This document shows, piece by piece, positions 39,683-52,388 of a stretch of 64,000 bases of DNA. This stretch comes from Thalia democratica (taxonomy: Eukaryota). Within the stretch, counting starts at the first letter, position 1; the number at the start of each line of letters is the position of its first letter. Under the pieces are notes generated by a model. It made no database searches. It was not told the origin of the DNA and saw only the letters and a list, made by a program, of their open reading frames with translations. The DNA is taken from contig OZ241826.1 in the NCBI GenBank assembly GCA_965202585.1, positions 23,250,001 through 23,314,000 of the forward strand, in the 5' to 3' direction. Made by a program: the position numbers and the translations under genes.

Positions 39683-42449
39683 TTTTACATAACTAAAATA
39701 AAATGTTAATCCTTATTTTTTTATAAAAACTATTTTACAAAAATGAATTTACATTATAATAAAATCAAAGTTTTACAAATAAAAATGTACATATTTAAAA
39801 CAGCCAAAATATATTTCCAAGTTTAGTATTTTAAAACACAGCTATGTTACATAAAAAAGAAAAAATTAACTTGGTACCTATCAGATGAAATTCTGTAAAA
39901 ACTTGTTTTTGTAAAACTATTACCACAAGTAGTCATTCTTATATAAGAAGTTCTCTAGTTTTCGTTCAAATACATTACTTAAACTATAACTTATAGGGAG
40001 ATTTTATTTTCAATTAATTCTCACAAAATGCTTTGTATCAACCTGTATGAGTTATTCAAAATAGTAAATTAGATAAAGTTGGTTTTATTTAACACATCAA
40101 TTTAACAATCTCCATTCACCGGTAATCTTTGTAGAGTATCAGCATAACTATAAAAGTGTCATAAAATACAAGTTCTCATTACAAAAAGAATTGTAATAGA
40201 ATATAAAAACTAGATATATAAGGTTGATCAATAGCTAATTTATTTTAAATCTTAATTAATTTTTGTGTTCTAAAACATGTTTATATTTTCTTTGTATGAT
40301 AGACTTTTAATAATAAATACTGACAAAATTTGTAACTGTTAATGTGTGGTTATCAAAGTTATCTTCTTAAATTAATTAAGTCAAGTTGTCATTTATTTTT
40401 TGTTTTAGTTAGACTAATTTATAAACATCAAATGGCATTACTAGCTGGTAACTTAAGTATTAGTTTATATTAAACTTTATATTTACACTTGTGATTATGT
40501 TAAGTAAAGACAGGAATATTGTAGTATTTGTTGTATTGTACATAATAAGGCATTTATCTGTTTTATTTTCCAAAATATCATAAATATGTTAAACATGATT
40601 ATCTAAATTTTCAATTTAAGTACACTAATAACCACTGAATACTTCTACAAAGTATTTTTTTTTGTTAATTTAGTATGAAGTCTTGTTTAGTTATCATAAA
40701 TATTTAGTAGTTTTCACTAAATTACTTAATGTTTCTTAGTTGATTTGTACATTCACACAAAAAATCTACGTGTTGTTTGTCATAATTAGTTATCAAGTAC
40801 GTACATTTCAGTTTGGTCAAAGCTAACTATAAATGATTTTTTTTTAAAGTGACACTTTTGCTAAAATCTGAAGAGTTCAAAATTATTTTCTGTCAACCAA
40901 AAAATAATATAACCTTTGTATAGTAGGGGTAAGAATATGGGTATTTTGAATTAATACCAAGTTTATTTTTCTTAGAAATATTTAGACATTTTAACATATA
41001 ATTTTTCTTGTCAAATAAAAGTTTTTTTGGATTCAAAAAAGGTTTTCTCAGTTTTACATTTTTATTATCTTCTATTTAGTTAAAAAAACATATCAACTTA
41101 ATTATAATCATTTATTGTGATTTACTATCATTTAAGCTATTTTTAAATTGAACTAGTAGTGAATATTTTGACATAGATAACTGTCTAAGAAAAGAAAAGA
41201 GTATAAATGTGTTTAAAAAAGCAATAAATAAAATAAATTAAAATTATTAAGTTATATTTCTGTCAAAAAAGAAGTTCTTTTAAAATATTTTCTTGACTCT
41301 TCTTTGTTGCTACTAAAAGTTAAGCTACAATTTTAATTGTTAGCTTTGAATACTCCCTAAATTTAGGTTGAATTTAAATAAATTAATTTGTTTTAAAATA
41401 CTATAATCACCAACTATAACAAATATTTGCATACAGCAAGATTTTCTGAAGCGGTTATACTGAATAGGCCACAAGCCTTCATTCAGTCATTACCAATCAT
41501 GAGTAGTAGCATGGAGCTGTTGGCGGGTGGATGATATGTGACGTCGGGTGGAAAGCACGAACCTGCATCAATATCTGAAAGGAAAAGAACATCTTCAACG
41601 AGTTGCAAGTGATGAAAGGTTGTCTTGTTTATGAAGCATGTGATTTTTGAGTTTAAAACTGAAGCTCCAAAGTATGTTAAATTACTAATGAGCGTGCAAA
41701 TAAGTATTTCTGATGTTTTTTAGTTATAATATCATTTTATTTCTTGCTTTTTTTTAAACATAAAAGAAACCATTCTTCGACCAGTGTTTCAGCCTGGTAA
41801 ATATGTTATACCTAATACTTTTGTATTTATGAAAGTGTCCAATTGTTTACAAAGTTTTACATTGCCTTTTTACTTTTTCTCTTTAGTTTTAAATTAAAGA
41901 TTGGTTTGGCACCATAAGTAATTTTAAAAGACATAAGGTAAAGAATCATTTTCTGAGAGTGAACAGTCGAATTTGCCCAAAGTTTTGTACTCCAAACGAT
42001 TTTTTTAATTGGTAGTTATTGAAAATTCTTTACCTGTACATCTAAGTTTTATATCTTATAGAAAGAACCTTTTATTTGAAAAAGTTTACAATTGTGCAAC
42101 AAAAAATTGAATTAATTGAAATATGCCTCTAGTCTAAATAAACTACCTTTATTGATAAATTTTAAATTGATGCTGTTTTTGTTTCTAATAAATAAAGTTA
42201 CAAAAAAAGGTGATACATAATAAAATGGTGAAAATAATTAATCTTGCTAAAACAAATGTAAAAAACTTATAAATTTGAAAATTTAATTAATTTGATTAGA
42301 ATAGTTACATTTTATTATTTGCATTTATCACAAGTTTTTAAAAACTGTTCATCATGTTTTAACTGTTCATTTTCATTATAAACACTCAAACAGTTGGTTA
42401 AACTTAAAAGTTGATATCTGTAAAGTGATCGTTCTGCTTGTTACTTAAT

Positions 42450-45400
42450 TCACTTTTTAGTTTGTATAAGTCTTAACTTTATTTATATAATTTTCATCTT
42501 TCAAGTAAACTCACAAATTAGTTTATTTTTCTGCATCATACCCCCTTGACTCTCGTGTTTTTCATCGAGCTATATCATATAGAAAACCCTGGAATCATCT
42601 TTATATACTAGCAATATTCTTTACTTGTATACAGGCAGGGTTGCCTGTATTTTTGTTTTCATCTGATTTTCACAAGCACATACTTTTTTGATACTTTTCT
42701 TGATTTATCAGCCTTCTGACACTTTCAACAATTATGTATGATATATAGACCACATTATAAATACAAGTACTAAAACTTTTATCCAAATGATATCAGAAAT
42801 TACCTTTAAGTTATACGAAAAAAAGGACTGAAACACTCTGCTTTAATCTGCCATAGTATCAGTAAATAGATCTTTAAAGCCTTGTTTCGAGTTTGTTTCA
42901 AGGGTTTGATTCATCAATGCGTAGCGTGGATGCTACTAACACTACTGAATGCAACTTAATTTCATTTTTCAGGATTTTTACTCTAATATGTATATTTTTT
43001 CAGCTGTTCCATTGTTATTGGAAAGCACATTCCTCATCATTCAAATTTTTGTTTCAAACAATTTTGTAATGCAAATAAATGTTTTTCAACTTTAATAACA
43101 ATACTTATAAGAAGTGTCAAACGTTTGGTTTATGACTATTTAATTCAAACTTGAAACACAACCTCCTCACATGTATGACATAAATTTTATTTTTACTTGA
43201 TTCATATACCCATAACTGCTGACATGTATGTTTGTAATCAATAGATAACATACAGGATTTTTGAGATATACTTTCTGAATGTTTTATATACAATGCAAAC
43301 ATAAAAGGCAGGTCCATTAGGAAATCCACGCTCACAAAACCCTTAGTTACCCATTAGTTTTGCATAAGCTTTTTAAGTGTGGAAACAAACTAATTTTAAT
43401 CCTGAAGAACATAATTAAAAAAATATATTAAGACGTTTAGAAACCAAAAACTTTTCATTGCGAGTTAAATAATTTAAAGCATACTAAAGTAGCCAAGGCT
43501 TAAGTTCGTCGTGAAATCTAATTAAAACTTGGTGAAATGAACCCGGTTTAAATTATCGGTAACAAGCTGGTTTAGTACACAAGGTCTTACTAACTTTCAA
43601 CTGCTTACCTAGTTCAACATCATTTCTTGCTTTTTTTTTAATAACAAAATTTCATTGGATTCTGTTCATAATAAACAAAAAACCCATCATGTTCAAAGGA
43701 ATTTACATACAAAATAACCTGTGTTATTTGAAATCTGTCATACTAATTGATTTCAACTTATTTTACAAAAAATGTATTGTAAGCCAAAACACTTGAAATA
43801 CAGTTTAAAAAGTCAACTAACATTATACTCCTGTAATGCTCTACTTAAAATTGTTTAAGGAAGTTCTTACTTTCTAATGACATCAGCATTTTTAAATTTT
43901 TTAAAATGTCATCAGCAGCTAAAACTCTTATAGGTTTAAAAAATCAAACTAAATTTATTAATTAAATTTAATTGGGTTCTGTTTATAATAAACAAACAAC
44001 CCATCGTATTGAAAGAAATTTACATATAAACTAACTTGCGTTGTCTTGTTGTTTTTATAGTACTACTTGAATAAAACTTGTTTTACAAGAATTGTACTAT
44101 AAGCTAAAACAATTGAAATACACTTTAGAAAGTCAACTAACATTATACTCCTGTAGTGCTCTACTTAAAATCGTTTTTAGGAAACTCTTACCTACAAGCT
44201 AATATTCTAATGACATCAGCATTTAATTTTTTTTTTAAATTTCATCAGCAGCTAAAACTCATATAGGTTTAGAAAATCAACTGACGTATACTCTTAGCGT
44301 GCTCCACCGTAAAATGTTATTTAGATGTAACGAAATAAACATTTCATTTTATAATTTTTTGTGTGTAAATAAATATGTAATTTTTGTAACAACAAAACCA
44401 ATGATAAGCTTTCTCAAATCATTTTTTTCCTAAAACAACATTATTTTGTTTAGTTATAATATATCTTCGTGCTTTTGTAGTTTATGTAAATAAAAGATTA
44501 GTTTTTATTAGTTCTGTATATTAATATATATATTTCTATTCCCTTTTACCCCTTAAGTATTTCTCTTTTCGAGATATAGGGTATTTTTTGGTTTGGGACT
44601 TTTGTATAAATTTGTTTTGAAAATTTTATTTATTTGACCTTTTGTAAAATTTATTCAGCTTTGCTTGATCTTCAAGTTTGTACAATATAGTGTTTTTTTC
44701 AACCATCGAAACCTTTTACAAAATGGAGACACTGTTTCTCAGATGTTTTTTATAAAAAAAAACTAATAACCTTAACTTATTGAGAAATAATTAATTTAAT
44801 TAATAGTTTTTTTTTATTTAATGTTGTTAGCTTATTAACAAAAATACATTTAACGTATCCTTATGATAATCTTCTTTTAGTATAATATCAAATGTTAACT
44901 AGATTTTAAGTTGTCTTTCGACAACTTGCATTATTGTTTCTTTTATTCTTTTTATCGGAAACAAAAATTTTTATTTATCATTCTTGTAGTTGTTCACGTG
45001 ACGTTGTTCTTCAGCAAATTCTTAATTTCAATAGATCTTTTAGTATGTATAGGCCATTTAGTTTATATCCTCTCACTGTAAAGCTGGCTGTTGTAAAAAT
45101 TAAGTATAGCTGGTTATTTTTAATTTCTGTATATATACTTTTTAAATTTATTTATACAAACTTACTTTTTTTCTTCAAAAGTTTAATATATTTTAAATAA
45201 TTAAGATACCTCTTATTTAAGACCACTCCTCTTCAGAACATTAATACACAGCTGCAGAGGCGAACCCACACCATTTCAGAAATTCAAGATTTAGGGTAGA
45301 TTAGGCTTCTTGTATAAACTGAAGTGTGATGTTATATTTTTATTAGTACAATCATAAAGGCTATATAGATCATAAATAATTGTCAAATAAAATAAAGCTA

Positions 45401-47420
45401 ACCTAGTTATTCACAAAGCTTTCATCATTTATCTGACAATATAAATACAATAAAAACATCATTACAATATTATTGCGTGAATTATACTATTAGTACATAA
45501 ATATTTTAAGATACAGTATGTATAAGTTGATATTATGTTATTTATAACTACAACTTTCATCTATCAAGTGAATTCTTGTTTCAAATCGTTTCTCTGCATC
45601 ATACACCTTGATTTATATATTTTTTAAGCTATAATAAAAGAAGTGACCATCTTCATACACTAAAATAGTCTTAACTTGTTTACACAATGCAATTTTGCAT
45701 AAAGTCTTTCAAAATCTTTCTCAAATTATGTTTATTGAGTTTTACCTAGTCAGAGTTGTTTTTTTTCTTTTCTTAATTTTAAAGGTTTCGTGAACTATAA
45801 TGATCAAAAGTGTTTAATTTTTCAGTTGTCTGGTCTTTTCAGCAGGTTTTGGAGGACTTTCAATATTTATGAACTCTATATACACAGCCTTATATTTACT
45901 GTTATAAGTTTTGAAGTTTTGTAACATTTTTATTATTTATTCTTATCTGCTGGCTCTCATCTAAAGTGAATGTTTTGATATTGATCGTTCACACTATAAA
46001 CTTAAAGTACTTTGTTTTTTTTTAAATGTATCATATTCAGCTTCTACTAATTTAAAAGGCCTTGAAAGAATGATAAATGTTTTCCTTTTTAAGGCTCATC
46101 TGTGCTTCCGGCTACTTGATGATCAAAACTTTTAACTTGTTCAAATTATTTATTTTCTCAGATTAACATGCAGTTTTTATTCAGTTTAGTTTGACTTAAT
46201 TCCTGGAGTTTTTTGTGAAATTCTACTATTTTTTAATTCACTTTTTCATGGCATCTTTCATAACCCATTGTATCCGCTAAAGTTTATTTAAACGCTACGA
46301 CGTTTAAATTGAAATGGGCTGGCTAAATAAAAAAAGTTATTATAGAGTAAATATATATTGACAAAAAATACAAAGAGTAACTTACTTAACATTTTGAAAA
46401 AAGTAAAAAAAAAAGAGAAAAAAAATCAATATTTTAGTTTTAACAGTAACAATTAGGTCTTCTTCTTATTTTATAATTTAAGCCATCAAGTCAGTTATTC
46501 TTATCTTTATTTCTTGCTTTCAGTAGGATTGCCAATAAAATATTTACATTTTTATTGCTGTTCTTTACAATTTAACTTCTTAAAGCCACAAGTAATTTCG
46601 GCATCTGTTTTGTTTTATAGTTTTTATTGAATTGCAAAAACAACGATACAGCATCTAGTTTATCAATGTAGCAGTTTTTCAACTAGTTATAAATCTCTGT
46701 AAAGAACATGTCTGTCTCACATTTATTCACATATAGCAAACACGTTTTTGAAACAATAGTATAAATGTATGCATTGCGTGACAACTGAGTCTGATGCTAT
46801 ACTAACACAGATGTGACAAATGAAGTGGTATCCTTTGATTCCTTATTTTTGAGATAAAGTTTGTAGCAGGCCATGAAAGTAGTGCAAGACGTACTTTAGA
46901 CTAAAGGTCTTTGGAAAACTTGCTTATTTGATTTTTGTTGCACTGTACCCAGGAGTCTGCTTCTTGCAACACCTGTAATTCCGAATCGATGTTCTGAGCT
47001 GGCGAATATCTGTTTCACGCAAGCATAGTCTATTTGTGTAAAGTATGACCAAACTAAAATGGTGTTCAATGTAGTGCAGCGATATTTTTTACATTTTTAG
47101 TTTTAAACTAGCTGGAATACTGGAAGTAGCGTGCCACGTTTTTAACCTTTACAGTGCTATCAAAACGTTTGATGATTCTATATTTGTTGTGATTATAGTC
47201 CATAAATTTAGCTGACTTTATGATTGAAGTGATTTTTTGGTCAAACATGTTCGTAGTGTCTGAAAAAATGAAAATAAAATCTATATTGTAATACCATAAG
47301 GATTCACAAAGGAACTAGTCTCTTGTAATGAGGGCAGTACTGTTAACGCCGACAGAATCATTGCTTAGCCATGAAAACATTTACCCTTCATATCTCATAT
47401 CTAACAAACTGGCAGTTTAT
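42450..47420 (-). pseudogene. Decayed multi-exon gene with P-loop NTPase (STAND/NACHT-like) remnants and internal duplications
   Basis: Long - strand frames broken by stops. Walker-A-like FGITGVARSRLL at 46959-46982 and Walker-B-like KTCLLYVNKCETD at 46710-46748, about 70 codons apart. Exon-like pieces with AG/GT ends at ~45197-45315 and ~43870-43920. 42480-42620 is paralogous to 45550-45690. Confidence 0.4.
43655..44283. repeat. Diverged tandem duplication of ~317 bp
   Basis: 43655-43952 aligns with 43973-44283 (shared blocks such as aagtcaactaacattatactcctgta and catcagcagctaaaactc). Each copy contains a - strand exon-like segment (ADDILKNLKMLMSLE in the first). Confidence 0.75.
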
Positions 47421-47499
47421 TATATTAGTTGATTTCTGTTATAGAAATAAATAAATATACTTACTACAAAGCTAAGGACCTTCAAACGCTTCCTTTTTC

Positions 47500-47600
47500 A
47501 AGCCATATTGGATTTGTGTTTAACTGTTGCTCTCGAGCTTTTAGTTCTTCATTAGAAAGTATTTGTAGTTACAGGTAAAGTCGATACGTGGTTATCAATG
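47500..47600 (-). pseudogene. Additional fragment of the KMT5A-like SET exon
   Basis: With one frameshift it reads DFTCNY / QILSNEELKAREQQLN, paralogous to DLICIY...QMFFNKELKAREKELN in copy A. Confidence 0.55.
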
Positions 47601-48418
47601 TTATAAATGTTTTAAAGTTTTAGCCAAGGGTGAAACTTTAGTTTAGAACTACGGGTTCGCCCGTACAACAAAACTCTTCATATTCGCTAATATCCCTACT
47701 CGCTGTGAAGTAAGGGTGAGAGCTCTGTAGTGCAAGGATACTTTTCAGTATCCAAGCCAGTTTCACTTGGCAGTTTGGTGCTACTATTATTGATGATCCT
47801 TCCAAGCTGCCATCTTACAGCGTGGCGTCTAAACCGATCCAGTTACATTTACATAGAGGGTAGACCAGATAAGTTTGCTCTGATTCATCAGGATTCAGTT
47901 CTTTCTCGCGAGCTTTTAGCTCTTTATTAAAAAACATTTGGTGATCGTAAATACAGATTAAGTCGCCACATGGTATATCATCATTTTCGTTAAAGCTACG
48001 TATTAAATTAAATTTTCCATAATTCCTATCGCAAGTTAAATCGTGTAATTTTCTCATTGTTTTTGTGTTTATAGCAAAAATTTTGTTTGTAAAAAACAAT
48101 AAACTCTCATATTTATAAGTGCCGTAGCTTTTGCTTGTTTAATACAACGCATAATAGTATAGTTTGTTTTTAGTTTATCTTTTTAACATTCATATATAAG
48201 ATGATGTAATGTTTATCGGCACAGAAATGGCGTAGAGTTAAAAGTTTTAAAGACATTTATTTTTATTATTTATTCTACCATAAAACTTCTGATTCCATGC
48301 AAATTATTTTTAAATTCACATGTTTGTGTCTGATTTCCTATTAACAAATGCTTAGTTATCGTTTTCAAATAAATAAGATATTTTTTTTTTACATTAAAGT
48401 TTATTGCAAACAAAATAC

Positions 48419-48457
48419 AAAATAGAAGTACTTTTCGGACACGCTCTTCAGTATTTT
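48419..48457 (-). ncRNA. Minimal type I hammerhead ribozyme in the Penelope 3' terminus
   Basis: The - strand reads AAAAUA-CUGAAGA-G-cguguc-C-GAAA-aguacu-UC-UAUUUU: complete core, 6-bp stem I, 1-bp stem II and palindromic loop III. Confidence 0.8.
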
Positions 48458-50135
48458 TTCGTGTCAAAACAAGCTGAAATAATGATTTACTGATAAAAAC
48501 TAATAAAACTAAGTATTTAAGAAAACAAATTAAATTTAACACAATAGTAATAATTAACAAATTAAGGCAATCGTTTAATCAGAAATAATATAAATGTAAC
48601 ACAACTTTACTAATCAACTAATTTAAGTTCAACGAATTAAACAAAATGGTCGAATAAACAAATTTCTTTTGTTTACAGAGATCTGGCTTTAAGCTTAAAA
48701 TGTATATAGCTTCTAAAGTTTTTAGGTGAAATTCATTACGAGCAACTGATATTATTTTGAAGTTATCCACTTTATAGTTTTCGACACACTTAGGACTAGT
48801 AATCAGGTGTTGGCCAATCGCTGAACTACTATTTAGTTTTTTCAAATCATCAAATTTCTTTTCCTCGTTACATGACTTTATCTTGTTTAAAAGGTTTTTT
48901 GGTATGTGTTGGTTAATTCTTGAAATCAAATTGTTACTCGTTCTACCCACGTATGTTTTTTACATAAACATACAAATTTATAAATTACATTGCTGGTGTT
49001 TAGGGTGGGTAATTTATCTTTGTTTTTAATCTGAAACAGTTTATTGGTTGAGTATACTATTCGTAAATTAACAGATCTATAGCCATTTTCTACTATTTTC
49101 TTCAAATTATTATGCAAAACTGTATTCTGATTGAATGGCAACTTAAGGTATACCGGACACTTTTTTGGACCAAATTTTATTGACTCAAACCTTGTCTTTG
49201 TTTTTTGTATTGTGTTCTTTATTATGTCTAGAGGGTAACCTAAAGTCGCAAAGATTCTTTCCACATTTGATAATTCTGTTTCTAAATATTTTTTAGAAGA
49301 AATTTTCATTGCTCTATATGTAAGGCAACTGATTAGATTTAGTTTTTGTCTCATTGGACTGTATGAGTTATAAGGGACATAGTCCCCACTGAAGGTACTT
49401 TTTCTAAAAATGTTCGTATAGAACATTTGATTCTCCCTATTGACCATAACATCTAAGAATGCTAAATTGTTTTCAGTTGCTGTTTCCATAGTAAATTCGA
49501 GGTTTGCATGCATGCTATTCAGTTTTAATAGAAATTCATCTCTGTCTTTATCGTCTGTAAAGATGGCAAACGTGTCATCTACATAACGTTTGTAATAAAT
49601 GGGAGAAATATCTTTTATGAGTTGTTGTTCATGGAAACCAACAAAAATGTTTGAGAGAATAGGACCAAGTGGCGACCCCATTGATATACCGTCAATTTGC
49701 TTATACATATGATTATTAAAGCTAAATTCTACTCCACAACATGCTAATATTAATAATTCTTTGAAGACTTCTGGTTTTAGGTATTTTGGAGCTAATCTGT
49801 ATTTAAATAGTTCATTCACAACTAAATTAATGCTCTCCTTAATCGGTAAGCTGGTAAAAAGAGACTTGATATCGAAGGAACACATACTAATGTTTTCCTG
49901 ACTGATTTTTAACTGTCTAATATCATCAGCAAAACTGAATGAGTCTTTAATACAATAGATCGAGTATACTGATTCTAATGGTTTCAACATTTCTACACAC
50001 CATTTAGCAATCTTATGTTGCGGTGAATTAATCATTGAAAGGACTGGTCTCAGAGGTACTTTTGCTTTGTGTGTTTTTGGCAACCCATACAGTCTGGCTT
50101 CACGTGTCAAACCATTCAGCTTGTTTTGACACGAA

Positions 50136-50174
50136 AAAATACTGAAGAGCGTGTCCGAAAAGTACTTCTATTTT
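50136..50174 (+). ncRNA. Minimal type I hammerhead ribozyme in the inverted terminal copy
   Basis: aaaata ctgaaga g cgtgtc c gaaa agtact tc tatttt; predicted cleavage 3' of C50168. Confidence 0.8.
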
Positions 50175-51784
50175 GTATTTTGTTTGCAATAAACTTTAAT
50201 GTAAAAAAAAAAAATGTGATTTTTATAATGGAAAAACCATTATTTCAACAAATAAGATATTGTTTTATATTGTTTATGGTACAAATACTTTCCTACACTA
50301 CTTAGCAAGTTGTATTTTTATGTAAACTAGCTAAATTATTTTTGTATTTACACAATTTTAACAATTTTTTTTAGTAATTTTTCCAAACTTAGGTTCAACC
50401 CAAACCTTTCCCACGAACCCTACATTTAAATATTTATTTTAGGTTTGAAAAAATATTTAAAGAAAAATACTTTTTAGATAGTTAGGTCTGAATAGGTCAG
50501 AATTCTTTCTAAATAGTTGTCACCATAACAATAGAAAATTTTGTCGCTACCATTAGCTTATGTACGTACTGATCTTATTAACGCTTTTTTAAGGCCATTA
50601 GATATTCTATTAAAAGATTTCATTATCGTGTAAAGTACAATTTTTATCTAATTGATTAAAAGTATAAAACGATTTTTCACAAAAAAACAATGAACATTTT
50701 TATCTTTATGTTGAACGGAATGATTAAGAAGTCGGTCTTTTGTTTTAATCTTTTTCTATAATAAGTTGTACAGTCATGTATTTTGGTAGTGCTGTGAGTT
50801 GTTCTATGATTATTTAGATGTTGCTTGGTCTTTAAACTTTCTTGTAATCCAGGCATTTGAAAGGTTTTTTTTTATTCGAGTGTTTGATTAACTGTGACTT
50901 GTAACAAAATTCTTTGAAGGAACACATCACAGATGCACCTTTCTTTGGCGCTGTTTGAAGAAATGTCAAATACTAAAATTACAAACTTATTTTTCTATAG
51001 ATTTTCCTTCAATTTTAGCTCTTTAATTAATGTAAATTAAAACAAAGTAGTAGCTGAATTTACAATGTTTGTATATCTCTCGCTACATCGCATGCAATAA
51101 AACTTTATTTCTAAATTTATACCTGTACTCTACAATTCCACTCTAGTTCATGGCGTATGAAAAATAAGGGAAAGAATACCACAAACTATGTATATATTTG
51201 TAAGAAAGTATTGTTAGAAAAATAAAGCCTCCTTTTTAACCGGTTTGTTTGTAAGTGACAGTTAAAGACTTCTTCATCTTTGAACAAGAATTTATCCATT
51301 TTCTTAACTCCTTTTTTTCTGCGAAAGACATAACATGGAAATTCACTTTAAGAAAGTTAATAAAATCCCTTAAAGTTTTATCAAAATATCTACCAACCAA
51401 TTTTTTATTGTTTTTACATTAAAGGCACTTCATAAGTCAGCATTTAATGACCATTGAAAAATTAAAGCAGCTATTTACAAACTTAAACCTAATATTTACA
51501 TAAGTTACTAAATTCTGTTGTTAAAACTATATGTTGTTTTCTAAACCCATCTTTTTTGTTAAAAAGTTTTTCTTGATTTTTATCACTAAATGTATTCTTT
51601 TTATTTAAAACTTTTTAACCCAACATGTTGTTTTTTTTTTATTCCTGTGAATAGTAGATGATTAAATGGTTGGTCTTCATAGAAAAAGTGTTTTTTACAA
51701 ACTGTAAAATTTACAAGACTTTTTTTAAGAGCTTTTAACATTTTTGTAGTTTGTAAAACTTGTCTTGGCTTCTAACCTTTGCTT

Positions 51785-52360
51785 TTAATTGATTGGAAGT
51801 CTAAAACGATTTTATTATTATTATTAAAGTTTATTGTCAAACGAAGGACCTAGGCACTAAAACCTAAGCCACTTAAACTGAAAGACACTAGCATAACAAG
51901 AAAAAAAAATTACAGTGATTAAATAAACATAAACATTAAACTTATACAAGGCACAAACCGAATAAACTAAAACTTTCATAACTAAAATATTCAACGGTTC
52001 CAAAGTCACTAATCTCTACAAAATTTGCCACAAAAAAATAAAGAAAATTTTATCTTTATGTTGAACGGAATGGTTGATCTTTTGTTTTAAATTTTTTCTG
52101 TAAGATGTACAGTCATGTATTTTGACAGTACTGTGAGTTGTTCTGTGATTATTCAAATATTGCCTGGTCTTTAAACTTTCTTGCAACCAAGGCATTTGAA
52201 AGGTTTTTTTCGAGTGTTTGGCTAACAGTGACTTCTAACAGAATTCTTTGAAGCACCACATCACAGATGCACCCTTTCTTTGGCGTTGTTTGAAGAAATG
52301 TCTAATACTAAAGATACAAACTTATTTTTCTATAGATTTTTTCTTCAATTTTAGCTTTTT
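51785..52360 (-). pseudogene. Third copy of the zinc-finger exon (copy C), interrupted by a LINE/SINE tail
   Basis: Acceptor at 52307; KPFKCLGCKK...KTRQYLNNHRTTHS at ~52130-52206; aligns with 50650-51020 and 53640-54020. Confidence 0.75.
51813..52022 (-). mobile_element. 210-bp CR1/L2-like 3' fragment with (TAA)n tail inserted into the zinc-finger exon
   Basis: Absent from the paralogous exons; 4-bp duplication attt at 51809-51812 and 52023-52026; stem-loop plus (TAA)n tail; same family as 20784-20879. Confidence 0.7.
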
Positions 52361-52388
52361 AATTTCACTTTAGGGTTTATCTAAGATA

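Larger units (their letters stand above)
48383..50249 (-). mobile_element. Penelope-like retroelement (Poseidon-type RT + GIY-YIG), 5'-truncated, with inverted terminal repeat and target-site duplication
   Basis: RT ORF 48926-50110 (RLYGLPKTHK, PLRPVLS, FDIKSLFT, QIDGISMGSPLGP, RYVDD). GIY-YIG part 48618-48950 (YVGRT..L..RI.QH...LEAIYI..KPDLC). ~98-bp inverted repeat 48381-48478 / 50115-50212. Direct repeat aaataagatatt at 48371-48382 and 50250-50261. The paralogous site in copy B (~53240-53260) is empty. Confidence 0.93.
47612..51180 (-). pseudogene. C2H2 zinc-finger + PR-Set7/KMT5A-like SET gene, copy A (disrupted; Penelope element in an intron)
   Basis: The SET exon (~47612-48100) gives DIPCGDLICIY...ELKAREKE...YLVY...LDATL*DGSLGRIIN...PNCQVKL...YFTASRDISEYEE/LLY...FHPWLKL*, matching the KMT5A/PR-Set7 C-terminus (ASRDIxxGEELLYDYG...HPWL). 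The zinc-finger exon 50570-50972 (AG/GT bounded) encodes four frameshifted C2H2-like fingers, e.g. KPFKCLD..K..KTKQHLNNHRTTH. Confidence 0.72.

Noticed and set aside
43250-43340. FCERGFPNGPAFYVC as a Helitron N-terminal GPxYVC motif
   Set aside because: It lacks the following CxxC, and no Rep or helicase motifs were found nearby.
43495-43545. CCGGGTTCATTTCACCAAG (- strand) as a DNA transposon end
   Set aside because: No matching opposite terminus or target-site duplication was found.
33516-45200. AT-rich ORFs of 60-100 aa (33516, 34710, 35547, 38927, 44934)
   Set aside because: Their F/L/I/K/N-rich composition is what AT-rich non-coding DNA gives by chance, and they have no recognisable motifs.
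48270-50305. ORFs 48270-48560 (-) and 50069-50305 (+) sharing LVLTRKNTEERVRKVLLFC
   Set aside because: The shared peptide is only the translation of the Penelope inverted terminal repeat, not a protein.
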